A DNA stretch of 64,000 nucleotides, from contig OZ024741.1 of the NCBI GenBank assembly GCA_964016885.1, positions 100,812,001 to 100,876,000 of the forward strand, given 5' to 3'. This document shows, piece after piece, positions 59,076-64,000 of this stretch. The position numbers and the translations under genes are program-made. The notes under the pieces are model-generated. The model worked only from the letters and a program-made list of their open reading frames with translations, made no database searches and was not told the DNA's origin. This DNA is from Eledone cirrhosa. Its lineage: Eukaryota. The first letter of the stretch is position 1. Every line of letters starts with the position of its first letter.

Positions 59076-59287
59076 AAAACAAAGAGCGTGTGGTAAGATA
59101 TACCTGGTGGACCATAATGCACCAGAGTACTCAATACTTAGGGTAGTAGAGTAGGTAACATGAAAAGGAAAAGAGTCAGGACTCCGACGGCTGAGCTCCG
59201 GTCGTTTCAACAGCTTTATCCAAACTGTTAGGATCTAACTGTCGAAACGGCTGGAGTTCAGCTGTCGGGCTCCTGACTCTTTTCTTT
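59076..59287. mobile_element. Family B repeat with fold-back end
   Basis: Arms ~59165-59213 and 59238-59287. Confidence 0.85.
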
Positions 59288-60005
59288 ATAGAGAGAGAGA
59301 GGGGGGAGAGAGGGAGGGAGGGGGGGAGAGAGAGAGAGAGAGAGAGATTGGGAGGGGGGAACATGGACAATGAACAGCACCAGTAACAAGCTACAAAGAA
59401 AACCAATAAAAGCCGACACTCTTTGTTTGGTAGCCCAACACACTGTCAACTCAGCTATCAGCAGCTATCATCACAATCTTATCCAATTATATTATTACTT
59501 AACTTACAAGTAACAAAAATTCCAGTTGATTCTCTTATTTCTAAAATCAATACATAAAATAAAACAGATTAATGACAACAAAATCCAAAGGTAATCTTAG
59601 TATCTTGATATGACTAAATCAATAGAATAAAAAACTTAGAAACTATGAATTAATTTGATGCCATGATGACTAACAAGATAGGACTGCTGAAATAATCTCA
59701 CCTTGCTTTTTATTTTAAACCACACCTTACTGACTCTTCCACCATTGCTTATTGCACTTTTACAAGAAATACTAAAGACCTCCAACAATAACAACATATA
59801 AAGCATTAGTATTTATTTTAATCATCGTTTATTTATATATATATATATATATATATTTTTTTAGTATATGTTGGTTGTTTACCGACACCTCAGTATGCAG
59901 ATTGGAGCACTCGATGAAGTGCGCAGGCTGGTTTGGTTACTCCGGATTAATGTAAAATAAACTAAAATAAATAAGTCAAATATTTACAATTTGGCTTCAT
60001 TTATT

Positions 60006-60063
60006 ACTGCTATATATATTTCGGTGACAGCAGCCATCTTTGGCTGTGACCTCTTCAGGCAGT
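60006..60063 (-). ncRNA. Type I hammerhead ribozyme (family A, left arm of palindrome 59957-60200)
   Basis: Same as 60097-60151 but with a 3-nt duplication in stem II. Confidence 0.85.
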
Positions 60064-60096
60064 CCGAATTGATGTGGTAGAGAGGGGTACACTCGG

Positions 60097-60151
60097 ACTG
60101 CCTGAAGAGGTCACAGCCAAAGATGGCTGTCACCGAAATATATATAGCAGT
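60097..60151 (+). ncRNA. Type I hammerhead ribozyme (family A, right arm)
   Basis: actgc CTGAAGA ggtcacagcca-aaga-tggctgtcacc GAAA tatata TA gcagt. Confidence 0.92.
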
Positions 60152-60208
60152 AATAAACGAAGCCAAATTGTAAATATTTGACTTATTTATTTTATTTTAT
60201 ATATATAT

Positions 60209-60383
60209 AACAAAGGAATTGTGGTAAGGAACTAGATGGACCATAACGCACCAGAGTACTTAATACTTAGGGTAGTAGAGTGGGAAATAGGAAAAAGTAT
60301 GACCCCGACAGCAGAGCTCAAGCCATTTCGACGGTCCAGAAATAGCCGTCGAAATGGCTTGAGCTCTGCCGTCGGGGTCATAC

Positions 60384-60391
<8 letters not shown>
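60209..60391. mobile_element. Family B repeat with fold-back end
   Basis: Arms 60289-60335 and 60345-60391. Confidence 0.85.
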
Positions 60392-60457
<66 letters not shown>

Positions 60458-60458
<1 letters not shown>

Positions 60459-60838
60459 GACACATGACTTAGTGGTTAGAGCATTAGCCTTGCAATCGAA
60501 AGGTTGTGAGTTCAATTCTCAGACCGGGTGATGTGTTGTTTCCTTGAGCAAGACACTTTATTTCACATTGCTCCAGTTTGCTCAGCTGTAGAAATGAGAT
60601 GATAGGACTGGGGTCCCTATCATACAAATGCAAAGTGGTCGTGGAGGTGCCATGGCAAAAAAGCACCCAGCCCCCACTGTAAAGTGGATGTGTAGGCGCC
60701 ACAGAAAAAAGCACCCAGCACTCACTGTAAATGAGGTTGGTGTTAGGAAGGGCATCCAGCTGTAGAAATCAAGCCAGAATCAGTTCCCGTCCCACCCTTG
60801 CAAGCAGGGAAAAGCGGACATAAAATGATGATGATGAT
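60458..60838 (+). mobile_element. Full-length SINE (same family as 52202-52585)
   Basis: High similarity by eye. Confidence 0.88.
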
Positions 60839-60910
60839 ATATATACATAATTAGAATTTTATTTCTCGCCCTAGCACAGCTGATACATTCTTACATTTAT
60901 ATATATATAT

Positions 60911-61022
60911 AATAAAGGAAGTGTGGTAAGAGTACTCGATCCTTAGGGTGGTAGATGAGTAATAGGAAAAGAGTCAGGACTGCGACAGCCAGAGCTCAGC
61001 CGTTGGGGTCCTAACACTTTTC
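60911..61022. mobile_element. Family B repeat folding back at the gagctc hairpin
   Basis: gaaaagagtcaggac...gtcctaacacttttc; (TA)n on both sides. Confidence 0.75.
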
Positions 61023-61313
61023 ATATATATATATATATATATATATCATGTTTAATGTAGAGATGGCTTCTACAGGACTAGAACTGTTTTATTAAAAAAA
61101 ATAAATCTACTAATGTATTGAGTACCTTACTTACAGGCAACTAATGAAATTTTTAAATTTATATTAATAGAGCTGACTTTAGATTCTAATAGTGGCTGTT
61201 TGTAACACTTTGATAAACCTACACTTTTGTCAGACAATATGATTAATTACTTTACATATTAATCAATATTTTAACACACACACACGCGCACACACACACA
61301 CACACATATATAT

Positions 61314-61624
61314 AATTAGGTAGTAACATTTGCTTACACCGTATTTGACTAAATAGAATTAGCCTGTTAGTTGCGATTTAAGAAACCCCGCTGAATGGGA
61401 AAAAGGATGAGTATTGATGTACATGGGACACGAACCCACATCTTTGGTTTGCCAGACCAATGTGTTACCATTACACATTGGTTCGGCAAACAAAATATGT
61501 AGGTTCTTGTCCCATGTACATCAATACTCATCCTTTTTTCCATTCAGAGGGGTTTCTTAAATCCCGACTAACAGACTAATTCTATTTAGTCAAATACGGC
61601 GTAAGCAAATGTTACTACCTAATT
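61314..61624. repeat. 311-bp palindrome centred on a truncated tRNA-like sequence
   Basis: Arms are reverse-complementary up to a 7-nt loop (61466-72). Minus strand 61476-61415 has D, anticodon and T arms. Confidence 0.92.
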
Positions 61625-61691
61625 TTCAAATTCGCTAGCTGTTTCTTAACAAAACTTGCTTTGTGTCTGCATATTCATATATACATATATG

Positions 61692-62520
61692 AACCAAACA
61701 CACAGACTTACATACACATTCACAGCATGGAGGAATGGACGTTAAACGGCAATGATATATATATATATATATATATGAACCAAACACACAGACTTACATA
61801 CACATTCACAGCATGGAGGAATGGACGTTAAACGGCAATGATATATATATATATATAAACCAAACATACAGACTTACATACACATTCACAGCATGGAGGA
61901 ATGGACGTTAAACGGCAATGATATATATATATATATATATAAACCAAACATACAGACTTACATACACATTCACAGCATGGAGGAATGGACGTTAAATGGC
62001 AATGATATATATATATATATATATATAAACCAAACATACAGACTTACATACACATTCACAGCATGAAGGAATGGACGTTAAATGGCAATGATATATATAT
62101 ATATATATATAAACCAAACACACAGACTTACATACACATTCACAGCATGGAGGAATGGACGTTAAATGGCAATGATATATATATATATATATATGAACCA
62201 AACACACAGACTTACATACACATTCACAGCATGGAGGAATGGACGTTAAACGGCAATGATATATATATATATATAAACCAAACATACAGACTTACATACA
62301 CATTCACAGCATGGAGGAATGGACGTTAAACGGCAATGATATATATATATATATATATAAACCAAACATACAGACTTACATACACATTCACAGCATGGAG
62401 GAATGGACGTTAAATGGCAATGATATATATATATATATATATAAACCAAACATACAGACTTACATACACATTCACAGCATGGAGGAATGGACGTTAAATG
62501 GCAATGATATATATATATAT
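61692..62520. repeat. Ten ~80-86-bp tandem units, each a constant ~63 bp plus variable (AT)n
   Basis: aaccaaaca(c/t)acagacttacatacacattcacagcatggaggaatggacgttaaa(c/t)ggcaatg(at)n. Confidence 0.97.
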
Positions 62521-63661
62521 CATCATCATCATCGTTTAACGTCCATCTTCCACGCTAGCATGGGTTTGGACGGGAATTTTCCCACTTGAGGCAAGATTAG
62601 TTGTCTTGCTCGTATAGGACTGTCTGGCGGGTTTTCTACGGCTGGATGCCCTTCCTAACACCAACCACGTTTACAGTGTGGAATATATATATATATAAAC
62701 CAAATATATATATATATATATAAACCAAACATACAGACTTACAAACACATTCACAAGCTGATTTTAAACAGCATGTCTGTATGTATACAGCTGTTTCTTA
62801 AAACACATAGGGTGCTGATATTAGTATGGATGTGCATGTAAGTGATGTCCTTAGAAAAGAGTAGGTATGGTATGACTGGGAAAAAGGAATATGTGCATCA
62901 TGCCTAGAGCTGACTTGAAGCTTCACAACAATAGTATATGTTTTCAAATCTAACCAAAACATAATAACCAATCATTAAGAGCCACATCACTGTCATGCTC
63001 CATGCATCCGGTTTAAATAATAAATGGAAAAAACATATAGTAACCATAACGATAAAGCGATAGACTATTGATTGAGGGTCATGGGGTACTATTGAATTTT
63101 ATTGTTGTTGTTGTTGGACATCTCTAGTAAGTTCTAAATAAACATATAGTACAAAGATATATGTTGAAATAAAATATTCAGTCAATGACTCTAGCCATAG
63201 TCATTTAAATTTAATAGGGATGTTTTCAATGTTATGCAGAACAGTACTGGTGATCTGATGACTGCTAAGAAAATCAGTGTCTTACTCCTAAAGCAATATA
63301 CATTTATTCTATTTGCTTATGTAGTTCTAGCTGACCTCAAATGACTCCTCCTGAAAAAATGGTGTTTAACTGTAAAAACTATTGTGCCTACAGTATATTA
63401 TCAGTGGATTGGCTGTATCGGTGGAGCGTTGGACAGCATGCTTTATGGAATAGAGTTACGGCCCTTTACGATCTGTGTTCATATCCCGCCATGATTAACT
63501 TTGCATAATTGATTGGTATATAGTTTATCAGACCTTGGTGGGGATAAAAGGCAAAGTCAACCTCAGCCAAAAGAAAATAGAAGCAATACAAAAATAAGAT
63601 AAAAATATAAAAACAATTTTAACGATTTATACTTGAATTAAAACTGGAATTGAATATTTAC

Positions 63662-63861
63662 CTTTTTGGTGTCATATTAACATCCCACCGTTCCAAAAGG
63701 AACTGTTCCCCACCATGTTCGGCATTACTGTCGACAAACATGATATCGGTCTGTTGCTGGTTATGTCTGCATTTTGGAAATAGAAGTAGTTCTATACACA
63801 TAGGTATACTATTCTTCCAAAGTGTTTCCATATACATCTTGAATTTCTTTGCTTCACAACA
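63662..63861 (-). CDS. ATOSA: Atos/FAM214A homolog, exon 1 of 9 visible (not the first coding exon)
   Basis: CCEAKKFKMYMETLWKNSIPMCIELLLFPKC...FLLERWDVNMTPKR, cf. FAM214A LWKNNLPIMVEVMLLP...LLERW; 200 nt; tttag| and |gtaaat. Confidence 0.92.
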
Positions 63862-63919
63862 CTAAATGGAAGAAAAATAAAATCATTTAAGCTACAATTA
63901 AAATGATGGATCTGTATAT

Positions 63920-63971
<52 letters not shown>

Positions 63972-64000
63972 GCTGTCAGTGGAGAATCCACCTCGTCATT

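Noticed and set aside
59702-59790. Possible exon ending at AAG|GTGAGA
   Set aside because: In-frame stop in the required phase, and the flanking exons already join correctly.
61415-61476. Functional tRNA gene
   Set aside because: The 5' acceptor strand is absent and the T-loop is non-canonical.
61692-62520. CRISPR array
   Set aside because: Eukaryotic context, spacers are only (AT)n, and there are no cas genes.
63256-63285. CTGATGA...GAAA string
   Set aside because: Neither stem II nor stem I forms.

Overview
AT-rich animal genomic DNA. The huge (TA)n tracts and the SINE/LINE complement suggest a coleoid cephalopod (Octopus-like), but this is inference. Most or all of the window is intragenic. 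Nine phase-compatible minus-strand exons (63861 down to 14986) encode an Atos/FAM214A homolog, whose first and last coding exons were not found in the window. The introns hold LINE fragments (RTE, L1/Tx1, R4/Dong), a Penelope-like GIY-YIG fragment, a Helitron helicase fragment, a Tc1/mariner remnant, MITEs, tRNA-derived SINEs and minisatellites. The long I/Y/H/T-rich ORFs are microsatellite artefacts. The most notable signal is a cluster of type I hammerhead ribozyme (HHR) motifs: six with an intact core, two with a variant core, plus degenerate and half copies. They sit in small (TA)n-associated elements. Three unrelated-looking elements share an octamer - 34/35 bp - TATA - long stem - HHR layout, and two of these are terminally redundant, like retrozyme monomers carrying their own snRNA-type promoter. 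About a dozen fold-back palindromes are also present, several of which turn around on a stem-loop of a structured RNA (tRNA D-arm, putative HHR stem II or III). All folds were assigned by eye.
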